A stretch of DNA of 62,814 bases, the filler included, from Octopus bimaculoides (lineage: Eukaryota), in the NCBI RefSeq assembly GCF_001194135.2. It is 4 parts of 4 records of this genome, joined end to end, with 100 filler letters (N's around TTAATTAATTAA, not from the genome) between each part and the next. Parts side by side here need not be neighbours in the genome. Positions count along the whole stretch, not along the records: positions 25,107 to 41,082 come from NC_068994.1; 3 more parts are not named here. One strand, given 5' to 3'. The notes beneath the pieces were generated by a model that saw only the letters and a program-made list of their open reading frames with translations, had not been told where the DNA came from and did not search any database. The position numbers and the translations under genes were made by a program. How positions within the stretch are numbered: position 1 is the first letter of the stretch; every line of letters starts with the position of its first letter. This document shows, piece after piece, positions 26,583 through 38,933 of this stretch.

Positions 26583-27384
26583 TTTTGAAACTTAATATTC
26601 AAAATTGTCTTACCTTTCTTTTCCAGCAAGTATATCTGCCAGTCTTTGTCTTTATATGTTACAAATATCTATTTACCAAGGTGAATTAATTTTTTGATAA
26701 TTAATTCTTAATTCTGCGAAGCCGAAATAAGATTCTACACTAAACACTGTTTTTTTTTTTTTTAACCCTTTAATATTCAGATTACCCTGTAAAAAGTAAA
26801 GGTTATTTATTCACATTGTTTTTAATTAATCATGCATTATCTTATAACTTCAAGATTTCAATTATGGAATTGTTTAATTTTAGAATGACATAGGTTATGT
26901 GTGAGAGGCCAGTTCTGGCTGGTTTGAAATAGAACAAGTGGAATATTTGGGCCAGATATAGCTGGTTTAAATGCTTATTTATTGTAGTCTCTTGTAAGTT
27001 GAAGAAATATTGTTGATAAATCCATCCTGCTAATTTTATTTAATGTAACAAATGGTACTTTAAAAAAAGGACAGTGTAGTATATTTTATCTTATAGTTGA
27101 AATGCACACACAGCAATGCCTCCCCTCTCTTCTTCGCCTGCCTGCTTAATATTTAACCAGTAGAAATAACAAAAAAACATAAAGACTTAATCAAAACAAC
27201 TTTCAGTTTGATCTTCCATTTTGGAAATGAATTTAAATGTAGTTCATGGGAGAAATATCAATAGAAACTTTGCCTGTCCTATGTATCACATGTGATACAC
27301 AGGCTATATTTCTCTGGTGTTCATGCATCATATTATGTTCCCAATTTTACTTCAACTACCAGAGTGACTAGGGACTTATCTTGT

Positions 27385-27560
27385 TTTTCTTTTACTTATT
27401 TCAGTCATTTGACTGTGGCCACCCTGGGGTACTACCTTGAGGAATTTGCAGTCAAATGAATTGATTCCAGTACTCTTTTTTTTTTGTATATTTTAAAGCC
27501 TGGTACTTATTCTATCAGTCTCTTTTGCTGAACCATTAAGATACAAAAAAGTTGTCAACA
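27385..27560 (-). mobile_element. SINE-B tail fragment
   Basis: cagtcatttgactgtggcc...gcctggtacttattctatcagtctc. Confidence 0.65.
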
Positions 27561-27634
27561 GGTGACTACAGAGAATCAAACCTTGTACCTCTCAGATACC
27601 AGCTGAGTGCTCTGAACCATTAAGCTAAGTGGCT
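27561..27634 (-). pseudogene. tRNA-like remnant (tRNA pseudogene or SINE head)
   Basis: D arm gctt..gagc, perfect anticodon stem ctcag-ctggtat-ctgag and a decayed T loop tttgatt. The acceptor stem does not pair. Confidence 0.4.
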
Positions 27635-28774
27635 GCTGACCTTATGAAACAAGGACTAACTAAAAGTCTGAAAACAAGCAAGGACACTCAAAACAAACTT
27701 ATGAAAATGCTTTGGTCAGGCAAAAGGTTAAGAATACATCATTCAATTAATTAATGTTAATTATGTTTAATGATGAATCAAATGCCTTGTACATATGAGA
27801 AAATACTAGCTTAAACATGTATGGTTACAAAAAAATGTAGATGGAGATACTTTGATAGTGTAAACAGTTGATGTTCTTGTAATACAGATGTATTTTAGAC
27901 AGATCTGTAGCATACTGCCACTGTAAGCTATATAGACTAATGGTTCAGTTAGAATATGAGAACAGTCTTGATATTGATATGTAAGCAATTTAGTTAATAT
28001 TAGCAATAGAATAGCTGGAGGAGGATTTCCCTTGTGGCCAGCAATGTGATTCTTTCCATATGAAAAAAAAAGCGAAGTTTGTGGCGCATGTTATAAAAGT
28101 GTTGTATTTCTGCATTACAGTGAAATGTATGAATGCTGGAGTCATAAAAAGGAGAAATAAAGATGATGGATGTAAAATGGCAATTTGGGTGATGGATATA
28201 TTTTTGTAATTTATGAAAGTAACAAAAGTGAAGATGATGTTACAAAGAAGTAGTAAGACTTTATAAAGAGTGGAGTTAGAAATTGGCCATGAGCTGATAA
28301 TTGACAGGTGTCGTAATATATTTGTGGTAAATAAGATATGAATAAAGTCAGGGACCACCAAGATGATAAGGTATGGGACAACCAGCTGTGGGATAAGCAG
28401 TTCATGTCTTATCACTGGGACTATACTGTGCTTATGATCAAAACATTTAGTCCTACTAGTTCTAAGTAGATATTTAGGGTGGTATAACACACTACTGTAA
28501 GCAATAACACTGTGTAATTAAGAATAATTTTCTTGGCTGTTTATGCTGAGATCAATTCTTCTCATGTGATAAGGTACATGTATTGCAAACCATAATGCTA
28601 TCCAGGAGGAAATTTAACTCTCATCCTTCTATTGTTTTGGGAACCAAAGTTAAGCACCAGGTTCATTGTCTGGGAAAGATTATCTAAACTTGTGATAAAA
28701 CATGTAAGATGATAAGACATCTTACTCTGCAGCAAGATGGCCCAGTGGTTACTCTGATAAAACATCTTACTCTG

Positions 28775-29075
28775 CAGCAATGGCCCAGTGGTTAGGGCAG
28801 CGGACTCGTGGTCAGAGGATCATGGTTTCGATTCCCAGACCAGGCATTGTGTGTGTTTATTGAGTGAAAACACCTAAAGCTCCATGAGGATCTGGCAGGG
28901 GGTGGTGGCGACCCCGTGTTGTACTCTTTTGCCCCAACTTTCTCTCACTCTTTCTTCCTGTTTCTTGAGTAAAGCTGCGATGGACTGGCATCCTGTCCAC
29001 CTGGAGGGGAAACACATACGCCATAGAAACTGGGAAACCGGGCCCATGAGTCTGGCTAGGCTTTAAAAGGGCACA
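28775..29075 (+). mobile_element. SINE family C copy, tail type 1
   Basis: tggcccagtggttagggcagc...tttcgattccc head; the tail contains gctgcgatggactggcatcctgtcca. Confidence 0.85.
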
Positions 29076-29798
29076 TAAATATATAAATAAGATGATAAAA
29101 CAAGAGTACCCAAATGTTTGTTTCTCAGTTGCATCTTATTTTGCTTTGTATTGTCAATATCTGTAATATTTATGATAATCACATCTAACATTTTATCTCC
29201 ACTCAAAGTCAGTAGGGTTAATTACTGATAATGAGAATGAAAACAAGCAATTTGATGTGCTTGACACTTTATGTGTGGCAAATAAGATGTTGATTTCTTT
29301 TGTGAATAAAATATTGATGGATTCAAAAGACTATGGCAGTACATAACTTAGGATGACATAATAATATTAAGGGCAACTGAGCTAGCTTAGGATACCAATA
29401 AATAGTTGGAAATAGTAGATGGAACTTGGATTAAGATATAAGTTGGAAACAATATTGAAATACTCTTGTCAGATAGTTTACCTTCTGTTCTGTAGTATTT
29501 ATCATGTTTTCCTTAGTTAATCTTTTTCAAATCATAGGGATCTATACACTTAGTGCTTAACTCTGGTTTCTAGAACATTAGGAGAATAATCAATAGATAA
29601 CATCAAGAATAGTACACTAGTCTATAATAAGGAACTAAAATAATAAAAAAGTTCTTTTTTTTTTTTGTATAAGGAAGAATACTTTTACTATTTTATTTAA
29701 TTTTCTGCTTGAAGAAGTTGAATGTTTCAGTATTTCTCACTGATATATTATTATAGCGATGCCTGCTAACAGAATTTACATGTTCCATCTTTCTACAG

Positions 29799-29927
29799 GA
29801 GAAAGCTGTGTATGATTATGTGACTGGTTCCCCATTTAAATCAATGGATGAAGCTATTGAATTTTGGTCAAACTTAGTCAGGAGTTATCCTTGCATATGT
29901 GCTATCATTGATCCATTTCGCAAACAG
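29799..29927 (+). CDS. ENO4: Enolase-4-like internal exon (phase 0 to 0): EKAVYDYVTGSPFKSMDEAIEFWSNLVRSYPCICAIIDPFRKQ
   Basis: tctttctacag acceptor and gtttgt donor, 129 nt open. Resembles ENO4 KGKYEV..GTYKNAAEMVDLYVDLINKYPSIIALIDPFRKE (recalled, not searched). Confidence 0.85.
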
Positions 29928-31099
29928 GTTTGTATTTCATTCCCCTACCAAAAGTTGGTTTTATTAATCAAGTGATTTATCATCCAGAAAAAATACAACT
30001 TACTGTTTATTGATCAAAAATATTTGATATATTTAATGGCTGCTTAAAAAAGAATGTGTAGTATTTATTATAAGAATGGTGAGCCAACCTTGGTACCAAA
30101 CTTCTTGGTCAGCTTTTATATTATCATCATTGTTGCTTCATTCATGGCAAAGTCACCAGCTCTTTGGTGACCATTTTTCTATCAGAATAACTACTTATAA
30201 GTTTCAATTAATCGTTAAAATAATCAAGAATTTGAAGCTGTTATATAGAACATGCATAAAATTATGATGGAAGGCACTAGCATAGCTGGGGAGGGGGTAG
30301 GAACAGTCCACTCTGGGTGGTACTTTTAAAAGGGCGGCCCTTTTGGGTCTACTGTAAGCAATAGTATTTTTTTTTTTTTGACTAGAAATTAAATGGAGAT
30401 ATTCAATGGGTGGGAGGTTGAGTTTGATCTTTGGTAGCTGTATAAAATTTTGTATGTCTCTTCACGAATCTATGAACAGGCTAGCAGGCTAAAACTTGGA
30501 AGTCACTTTCACTATTCTTCTTGTAAAAATATTGTAGCAGAATATTTGGTAGTCCCAAAAGGCCTAAGAATTAAAACTGGATTGCTAAGCTCCAACAGTC
30601 AGGATGTTTGTTAGAGATTGATGATAACAGCAAACAACTGGCTGTTCTAATCTTTCACAGAACTCAACACAAATGTGGTTTGGTCTAATATTGATGACAC
30701 CAACAAAACACTGACCTCTCAAACCTCTAGTAAAACAAGATGTCATTGGCAAGTTGGTTTCTTTTCCCACTTTTTTTCATTGACTGAAACAAACTATAAA
30801 TAGAATCTCTTTTCCCTAACTGTTAGTGGTAACTTACACTGGTCAAAGTGCTAGACAGACCAATCATAACTACTGTCATTTTCAACATGCAAAATACCTC
30901 ATAAACAGCTTTAAATTTACATAGATATTCCTCTGTCATTGATCATAATGACAACACATTGTTTTGTATTATGATAAAATAATATTTTTCTATTTAAAAT
31001 TCCAAACAATTTGTGTTCTTGCATTCATTGATATCAGCTCAATTCAACCAAATCATTTCACTGGTGACAACCCAAAACAGAAATATTTTATCATTACTG

Positions 31100-31150
<51 letters not shown>

Positions 31151-31152
<2 letters not shown>

Positions 31153-31508
31153 TGCAGGAGTGGCTGTGTGGTAAGTAGCTATAGGCGCAGGAGTGGCTGT
31201 ATGGTAAGTAGCCATAGGCACAGGAGTGGAGTGGCTGTGTGGTAAGTAGCTATAGGTACAGGAGTGGCTATGTGGTAAGTAGCTTGCTAACCAACCACAT
31301 AGTTCCAAGTTCAGTCCCACTGCATGGCACCTTGGGCAAGTGTCTTCTACTATAGCCTCAGGCCGACCAAAGCCTTGTGAGTGAATATGGTAGACGGAAA
31401 ATGAAAGAAGCCCATCATATATATATATATATATATGTATGGGTGTGTATATGTTTGTGTGTGTGTGTCCCCCAACATCGCTTGACATCAATGCTGGTGT
31501 GTTTACAT
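31151..31508 (+). mobile_element. SINE-B with four tandem head copies, running into a gap
   Basis: Four ggcgcaggagtggctgtgtggtaagtagc-like units precede a normal B body. Confidence 0.9.
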
Positions 31509-32321
31509 NNNNNNNNNNNNNNNNNNNNNNNNNNNNNNNNNNNNNNNNNNNNNNNNNNNNNNNNNNNNNNNNNNNNNNNNNNNNNNNNNNNNNNNNNNNN
31601 NNNNNNNNNNNNNNNNNNNNNNNNNNNNNNNNNNNNNNNNNNNNNNNNNNNNNNNNNNNNNNNNNNNNNNNNNNNNNNNNNNNNNNNNNNNNNNNNNNNN
31701 NNNNNNNNNNNNNNNNNNNNNNNNNNNNNNNNNNNNNNNNNNNNNNNNNNNNNNNNNNNNNNNNNNNNNNNNNNNNNNNNNNNNNNNNNNNNNNNNNNNN
31801 NNNNNNNNNNNNNNNNNNNNNNNNNNNNNNNNNNNNNNNNNNNNNNNNNNNNNNNNNNNNNNNNNNNNNNNNNNNNNNNNNNNNNNNNNNNNNNNNNNNN
31901 NNNNNNNNNNNNNNNNNNNNNNNNNNNNNNNNNNNNNNNNNNNNNNNNNNNNNNNNNNNNNNNNNNNNNNNNNNNNNNNNNNNNNNNNNNNNNNNNNNNN
32001 NNNNNNNNNNNNNNNNNNNNNNNNNNNNNNNNNNNNNNNNNNNNNNNNNNNNNNNNNNNNNNNNNNNNNNNNNNNNNNNNNNNNNNNNNNNNNNNNNNNN
32101 NNNNNNNNNNNNNNNNNNNNNNNNNNNNNNNNNNNNNNNNNNNNNNNNNNNNNNNNNNNNNNNNNNNNNNNNNNNNNNNNNNNNNNNNNNNNNNNNNNNN
32201 NNNNNNNNNNNNNNNNNNNNNNNNNNNNNNNNNNNNNNNNNNNNNNNNNNNNNNNNNNNNNNNNNNNNNNNNNNNNNNNNNNNNNNNNNNNNNNNNNNNN
32301 NNNNNNNNNNNNNNNNNNNNN

Positions 32322-32363
<42 letters not shown>

Positions 32364-33172
32364 CATTGTCTTCTGAATGCAAAAAATGTTTGCTGTGGAT
32401 AATAAATGAAAGATTGTTGCAAATGTCTGAAATATCAGAGGATTTAAACCTTTTACTTGATAATTCTATTATAATTCCATATTTACAGCAATGCTTACAT
32501 CTTAAATCTATCGTGTAAACAGGAAGTCTCTGACTGTCTGATTTTTAAAGAGTCTGTTGAATTCTTAGCTTTGTTTTTCCTTTTTGTATATCTTATTTTG
32601 AACTCACTCTAATCTTATGAATTTGAGATGAAAATGTAATTCATATTTTTGTATTTTGCCAAGGTTCACTCTCTCTTGGTAAAGTGAATTTTATATAGTG
32701 AATACCGTTAAAATCCTTAAAACCAGTATCTATTACTACTATTGTGATTATTGGCATAGTCACCACTGTCACCACCTCCTCCTCCTTGTTTGGAAAGAGA
32801 AGATGCTTCTTTGTGGTTTGTTAGTCTTTGAAATTTGTTGTTTTAAAAATTTCGTATTTTAAATTTTGTTTCACTGTTCACTAAATAAGCCAGCTCACTT
32901 TGCTTCTAGTGTGCTGGTTTGGTGAAAAATCTGCCCTCTGTTAATTCTAAGGTTTAAAATTGAAAATTTTCATATTTCAAAACAAAAATATAACAATATG
33001 GCTTCTCAAATCAAGGAAGGTAATGGCTGTTGGAACAGCCATTATGAAAACAGCTTCCTCCCACTACCTACATAATATACATACAACAATGATAAAGAAA
33101 AAGAAGGTGAAAGCAACAGCACGAGCACACTTTGTGCAACAAGAACTATGAAGTAACAGCGATAAAGACAGT

Positions 33173-33551
33173 TGTTGGCACACCGCTTACGACGTCGAGG
33201 GTTCCAGTTGATCCGATCAACGGAACAGCCTGCTCGTGAAATTAACGTGCAAGTGGCTGAGCACTCCACAGACACGTGTACCTTTAACGTAGTTCTCGGG
33301 AGAGATTCAGCTTGACACAGTGTGACAAGGCTGACCCTTTGAATTACAGGCACAACAGAAACAGGAAGAAAGAGTGAGAGAAAGTTGTGGTGAAAGAGTA
33401 CAGCAGGGTTCGCCACCATCCCCTGCCGGAGCCTCGTGGAGCTTTAGGTGTTTTCGCTCAATAAACACTCACAACGCCCGGTCTGGGAATCGAAACTGCG
33501 ATCCTATGACCGCGAGTCCGCTGCCCTAACCACTGGGCCATTGCGCCTCCT
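33173..33551 (-). mobile_element. Full-length young SINE-C, tail type 2, with an 11-bp TSD
   Basis: ataaagacagt is duplicated at 33162-33172 and 33552-33562, and CpGs are largely intact. Confidence 0.9.
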
Positions 33552-33834
33552 ATAAAGACAGTGAAGCAAGAGAAAAATAACCCACAGCAATAACAATGAA
33601 TCTAAATAACAACAACAACAAAAATGAGACCACAGAACAAAAAACAAAGGATTAGATTTTCCATTTCACACACCTTACAAGCTTTGCCTCCACTGCTACC
33701 ATCACCATGAGCACAAAAGATAATGAAAATAAACCATGCAAATCTGCTGTTAGTGATTTCCCTGATGTAACATGGCAAATGACTGAAGACACTTTTATTG
33801 ACACAATCAAATTTAAAAGTACACACCATGAATC

Positions 33835-34280
33835 AACACCCGTACTTATTAGTTTTTTAAAATTTTGTTAAGCCTGGTACTTATTCTAGTGGTTTCCTTT
33901 TTGCCAAACTGCTAAGTCACGGGGACATAAACAAACCAAAGCTGGTTGTTGAGTGGTGGTGGAGGACACAGACACAAAGACACACATGCAGGAACGTGTG
34001 CACATGTACATACACACACATGCATGAACGCATGTGCATGTACACACACACAGACACACATACACACACACATGCACACACACACATATACATACATGCA
34101 TACATACATACATACATACATACATACAATGGGCTTCTTTCAGTTTCTGTCACCCAAATCCACTCACAAGGCTTTTGTTGGCCCAAATGTATAGTAGAAG
34201 ACACTTGCTGAAGGTGTCATGCAGTGGGACTGAACCCAAAACCATATGGTTGGGAAGCAAACTTCTTACCACACAGCCAT
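33835..34280 (-). mobile_element. SINE-B copy with CpG decay
   Basis: Head and tail match with an internal CA/TACA run. Confidence 0.8.
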
Positions 34281-34569
34281 GTTTTCACTTATCATTAGAA
34301 TATTTTTGTCACAGAAATAACAATTGACTTGAATCTCAATTAGTTACCATCTTATGTAATTAAATAAATGAACAAATAACATCTAAAGAGAACCAGCTTG
34401 GGAGTGGGTGAGTGCACAAAGTTAATATTGCTGATCTCCAGATTCATGACCACCATGTTGAAAATCTAACCACAATTCTAGGACAAAACACATTCGTTAA
34501 CTTGTTTTACTCTCTAATTAGCTTGAATTTTGGTACTTGTTTTGATGGTCATTAAATATTGATTTCAAA

Positions 34570-34752
34570 TTTTGGCACAAGGCCAGCAGTTTTGGGGAAG
34601 GGACTAAGTCAGTTACATTGACCCCAGTGCTCAACTGGTACTTATTTTATCGACCCTGAAAAGGATGAAAGTGGAATTTGAACTCAGAGCGTGCAGATGA
34701 ATGAAATGCCACTAAGCATCTTGCCCAGCATGCTAATGACTCTGCCAGCCCA
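34570..34752 (-). mobile_element. SINE-A copy with CpG decay
   Basis: Matches the consensus. Confidence 0.8.
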
Positions 34753-35331
34753 CTGTAGCTCTACCCAACATGCCAATGGCACAGCTGCTTCACTGCATTC
34801 TTGATAGTTATTAATATTAAGAAAGATTTATTTAAGGTGTAAGATTGGTAGAAATAATGAAATGTTAAATGAAATGCTTTGTGGTATTTACTTGCAGCTA
34901 TTTTTTAATTCTAATTTCAAATCCTACTGGGGACAATGTTGCCGTTCAATTTTTCTCCCCCATTGGTCAAAAGGTCAATAAAAATGAAACACTGAGATAA
35001 ATGCAATCATTTATACACAAGCATCAGATGTGAGGCCTCTTATCTCTTTAAGAAATCATAAGGATTATGACACCATCTCTTCAAAATACATGTGGAAACC
35101 AGATACAACTGGACATGAAATCCAAACATACATAGATATTCTGGAATCCCAGTTTCATAAGCTGATGGATGTAAATCCTTTACTGCAGTCCTCACGAGTA
35201 ACTCAAATGCATATCTATGCCAAAGTTATTATTCTAATTGTTTTCATTTTTTTCTATTATATGTTATTGGATTTTCTTTTTTTTTCTTCTGACTTTTCTA
35301 TAAAATATCATGTTTTTTGTTTCTGTTGTAG

Positions 35332-35590
35332 GAAGGATTTCTTTGGAAGCGATTATGTAAATTAATCTCTGATCAATGTCTTGTAATTGGAGATGTTAGT
35401 GCTGAATGGCCTTTTAAATGTAAGGAGGTTAAAGAACCTGTGGAAAAAGACAATGAATCCGGTGAATTGTCTGAAAGTAACAACCAAGATACAAAGCCAC
35501 AAGGCAACTATATTGCCAGTGGTCAAGTTTTCCGGATTCAACAGGACACAACTGTCACCGATGTGATTGAATATACAAAAGATTACATAG
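35332..35590 (+). CDS. ENO4: Enolase-4-like internal exon (phase 0 to 1): EGFLWKRLCKLISDQCLVIGDVS...SGQVFRIQQDTTVTDVIEYTKDYI
   Basis: ttctgttgtag acceptor and gtgaga donor. In frame with the exon at 29799. Matches the enolase pattern W...VGD...LLKVNQIGSVTE and recalled ENO4 QWDSIYHALGSRCYIIAG...LIIKHTNQTTMSDLVEI. Confidence 0.85.
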
Positions 35591-35715
35591 GTGAGAGTCA
35601 AAATACTTCTATTACACTGTGTAACATGATTTTTGTCCTTGGGTAGGAATGGTTATCTCTTATTTGCTTATCCTTAGAAAGTATGAAAAAATGGCTAATA
35701 TCTCCTTCAAACATA

Positions 35716-35925
35716 AGGTGGTGAGCTGGCAGAATTATTAACATGCTGGGCAAAATGTTTAGCAGCATTTTGCCTGTCTTTACAGTCTGAGTTCAAATTT
35801 ACTGAAGTTGACTTAGCCTTTAATCCTTTCGGGGTTGATAAAGTAAGTACCAGTTGAACACTGGGGTTGATATAATTGACTTATCCCATCCTCTGAAATT
35901 GCTGGCCTTGTTCCAAAATTTGAAA
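35716..35925 (+). mobile_element. SINE-A copy with almost complete CpG decay
   Basis: Nearly all consensus CGs read TG or CA. Confidence 0.85.
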
Positions 35926-36959
35926 TCAATATTTCCTTCAAACTTTGCTTTTGTTACACTATTTATTCAAACCCCAAAGAATTCCTCTCTACACATGTCT
36001 ATGATGCTCCTCCACTTCTCCTGCTCATCATCAGAGACACACATATTGTTAACTTCTTCTTATGGACATGCTCAAGTGGTTAAGGTCAAGCAACTGACAA
36101 GCAAATCTGTAGTTATTGAGCAGAATATTTGCTACAATATTTCTGCTTCAGTAACTCAGCACGGAATCTGTCTAGAATATAATGGAAAACAGGTGAGTTT
36201 CAAAACATCAATGTCCAGGTGACAAAAACAAAATTTGAAGGGAATAACAGTCATTTCTTTTGATTTCTGAATAGAAGCAAATAGGAAATAACACTTACTG
36301 ATCAAAGACAAACAAATAAAAATTTTGGTACACAGTGTTGTTCTCTCAGTTAGGCCAGATGTTTATTCACTCAGAATCTTTTTCAGTACAATGATCATCC
36401 TTCATCTATGCATAATATCAAATATTTATTTGAGAGTGAAATAAAATTGTGTAGCAAGTATGTTATCTTGAAGGGAATTAAAGACATGTGAAAAGAATTG
36501 ATTTTAAATGAAAAGCAAAGATGATTTGCTGGTGCAGCCTGCTGCTTGATAATATTTTCACCAGACAAGATCAGTTTGTTTTTTGTTTTTTTTCACAGTA
36601 AACAGTTGGTTGAATCCATACCTGTGTATTATTGGTACTTATTTAATCAATCATAGCGAGATGAGCTAACATAGGAGCTTCTATATGAATGAACTATTTA
36701 TTTATACCTCACCATTAAGAAGAACCCATTGGATAATATAGTCTGGATACATGTAAAAAACAAAAAAAGGGAATGTGATGGTTGATATACTTTTCATAAG
36801 TTTGTCTGATCAGGTCTGACCTAGAGCTAAACAAACAACAACAACAACAAAAATCCCAAATGAGATGAAAATTAAAATTATCACTAAGCCTGTCAGTTTA
36901 GTCCAGAATTATGGATACACCACAAAATCCCTCTTGACTAAATCAATAAGTATTCTATC

Positions 36960-37690
36960 TTTTATCTTGTTTCAGTCATTTGACTGCTGCCATGCTGGAG
37001 CACTGCCTTGAGGAATTTTAGTTGAACTAATTGATCCCAGGACCTTTTCGTTTTTTGAAGCCTGGAACTTATTGTATTGGTCTCTTTTGCTGAACTGCTA
37101 AGTTATAGGGATGTAAACACAGACACTGGTTGTCAAGCAGTGGTAGGAGACAAATACAAAGACACACACATACACACACACACACACACAGACGCACTCA
37201 CAACATACACACATGCACACATACACACACATGTACATGATGATATTCGCTTTCACTTATAATATATCTATTACTCTTTTACTCGTTTCAGTCATTTGAC
37301 TGCGACCATGCTGGAGCACCACCTTTATAGTCGAGCAAATCGACTCCAGTACTTATTCTTTGTAAGCCTAGTACTTATTCTATCGGTCTCTTTTTGCTGA
37401 ACCGCTAAATTATGGGGACGTAAACAATCCAGCATCGGTTGTCAAGCGATGCTAGGGGCACAAACACAAACACAAACATATACACACACATACATATTTA
37501 TATATANNNNNNNNNNNNNNNNNNNNNNNNNNNNNNNNNNNNNNNNNNNNNNNNNNNNNNNNNNNNNNNNNNNNNNNNNNNNNNNNNNNNNNNNNNNNNN
37601 NNNNNNNNNNNNNNNNNNNNNNNNNNNNNNNNNNNNNNCATCATCATCATCATCGTTTAACGTCCACTTTCCATGCTAGCATGGGTTGGA

Positions 37691-37737
<47 letters not shown>

Positions 37738-37902
37738 TACAACGGGCTTCTTTCAGTTTCCGTCTACCAAATCCACTCACAAGGCTTTGGTCAGCCTGTG
37801 GTTATAGTAAAAGACACTTGCCCCAGGTATCACACAGTGGGACTGAACTCGGAACCATTTGATTGGGAAGCAAACTTCTTACCACAAAACCACACCTGTG
37901 CC
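36960..37902 (-). mobile_element. Two SINE-B copies (a tail at about 36960-37190 and a full copy at about 37270-37902 with a gap in its internal microsatellite)
   Basis: Matches the consensus. Confidence 0.8.
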
Positions 37903-38933
37903 TATTGTCTTTTCTGTTTTTTAATTTTCCTCCTCTGTTTCATATTCTCCTTCAGGATGTCTATGAAACTAAAGTGGAGCTGTCACTTTGTTCTTTTCTT
38001 GATCTTGAGCTATAGACATTTTTCTCGATCTTTCTTTCTCTGCTTCCTTTCAGCTTCTGAATCTTTCCTTCTTTCTCTGACATCAGCTTTCTATCATTAC
38101 AAAACAAGGTGTCTGATTTCTGGAGTAAAGCAATTAAGTTGGATTCCTACTGGAGGCTGCAAAATTTCTTCAACAGAATGTTTTTATTCGTTTGAAACAG
38201 CAGTTGCAGTCTTGCAACTTAACACCATTTGAAATTCTCTCTCTCTCTCTCTCTGACACACGCACGCACACACATTTATGCTCACATACATGCACACATA
38301 CACATATATATGTATACACACATCCATGCCCACACACACACATTCATGTACACATACATACATACATACATACATGCATACATGCATATGTATGTGCATA
38401 CACATGCACAGACAGACAGACAGACAGACACACACAAACACACACACTCCATAACCTAACAAGTTTATCAATGCCTTGTCTGTGTTTGGAGTGGGTAATG
38501 TTGTGTGGTTAGGTATTCTCTTTGTAACCACATACCTTTTGGTTCAATCTCATTGCAGAACACCTTGAACAAGTGTTTTCTTCTATATTTTCTATATTCT
38601 TAGAATGATCAATGCTGTGTGAAGGAAATGCAGTAGACAGAAACTGTATGAAAGTCCACACACATGTATGTCTGTATTGTGTTTGCATTTGTGTGTGTGT
38701 GTGTGTGTGTGTATGTGTGTATTACAGTAGATAGAGCCAAAAAGCTAAGTGATAGGCTTGGAAAGACTAGAAGGAAGGTGGTTGCAGAGAGTATTGTGAA
38801 GTAGCTAGAAGAGAAGCGAGGTGTCAGATATACCAAGCTAGGGAAGGAGCAAAGAGTAAGAGATTTGCACATGTTCTGTGATGTTATAATCAGAAGCATG
38901 AGGTGATTTAGATTGCGAAATAGTGTACTAGAA

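Noticed and set aside
27990-28490. 166-aa minus-strand ORF
   Set aside because: No recognisable motif, the composition is typical of AT-rich antisense sequence, and there is no splice or homology support.
35030-35365. 111-aa ORF just upstream of the second ENO4 exon
   Set aside because: No family similarity, its end is the polypyrimidine tract of the real acceptor, and it is in a different frame from the exon.
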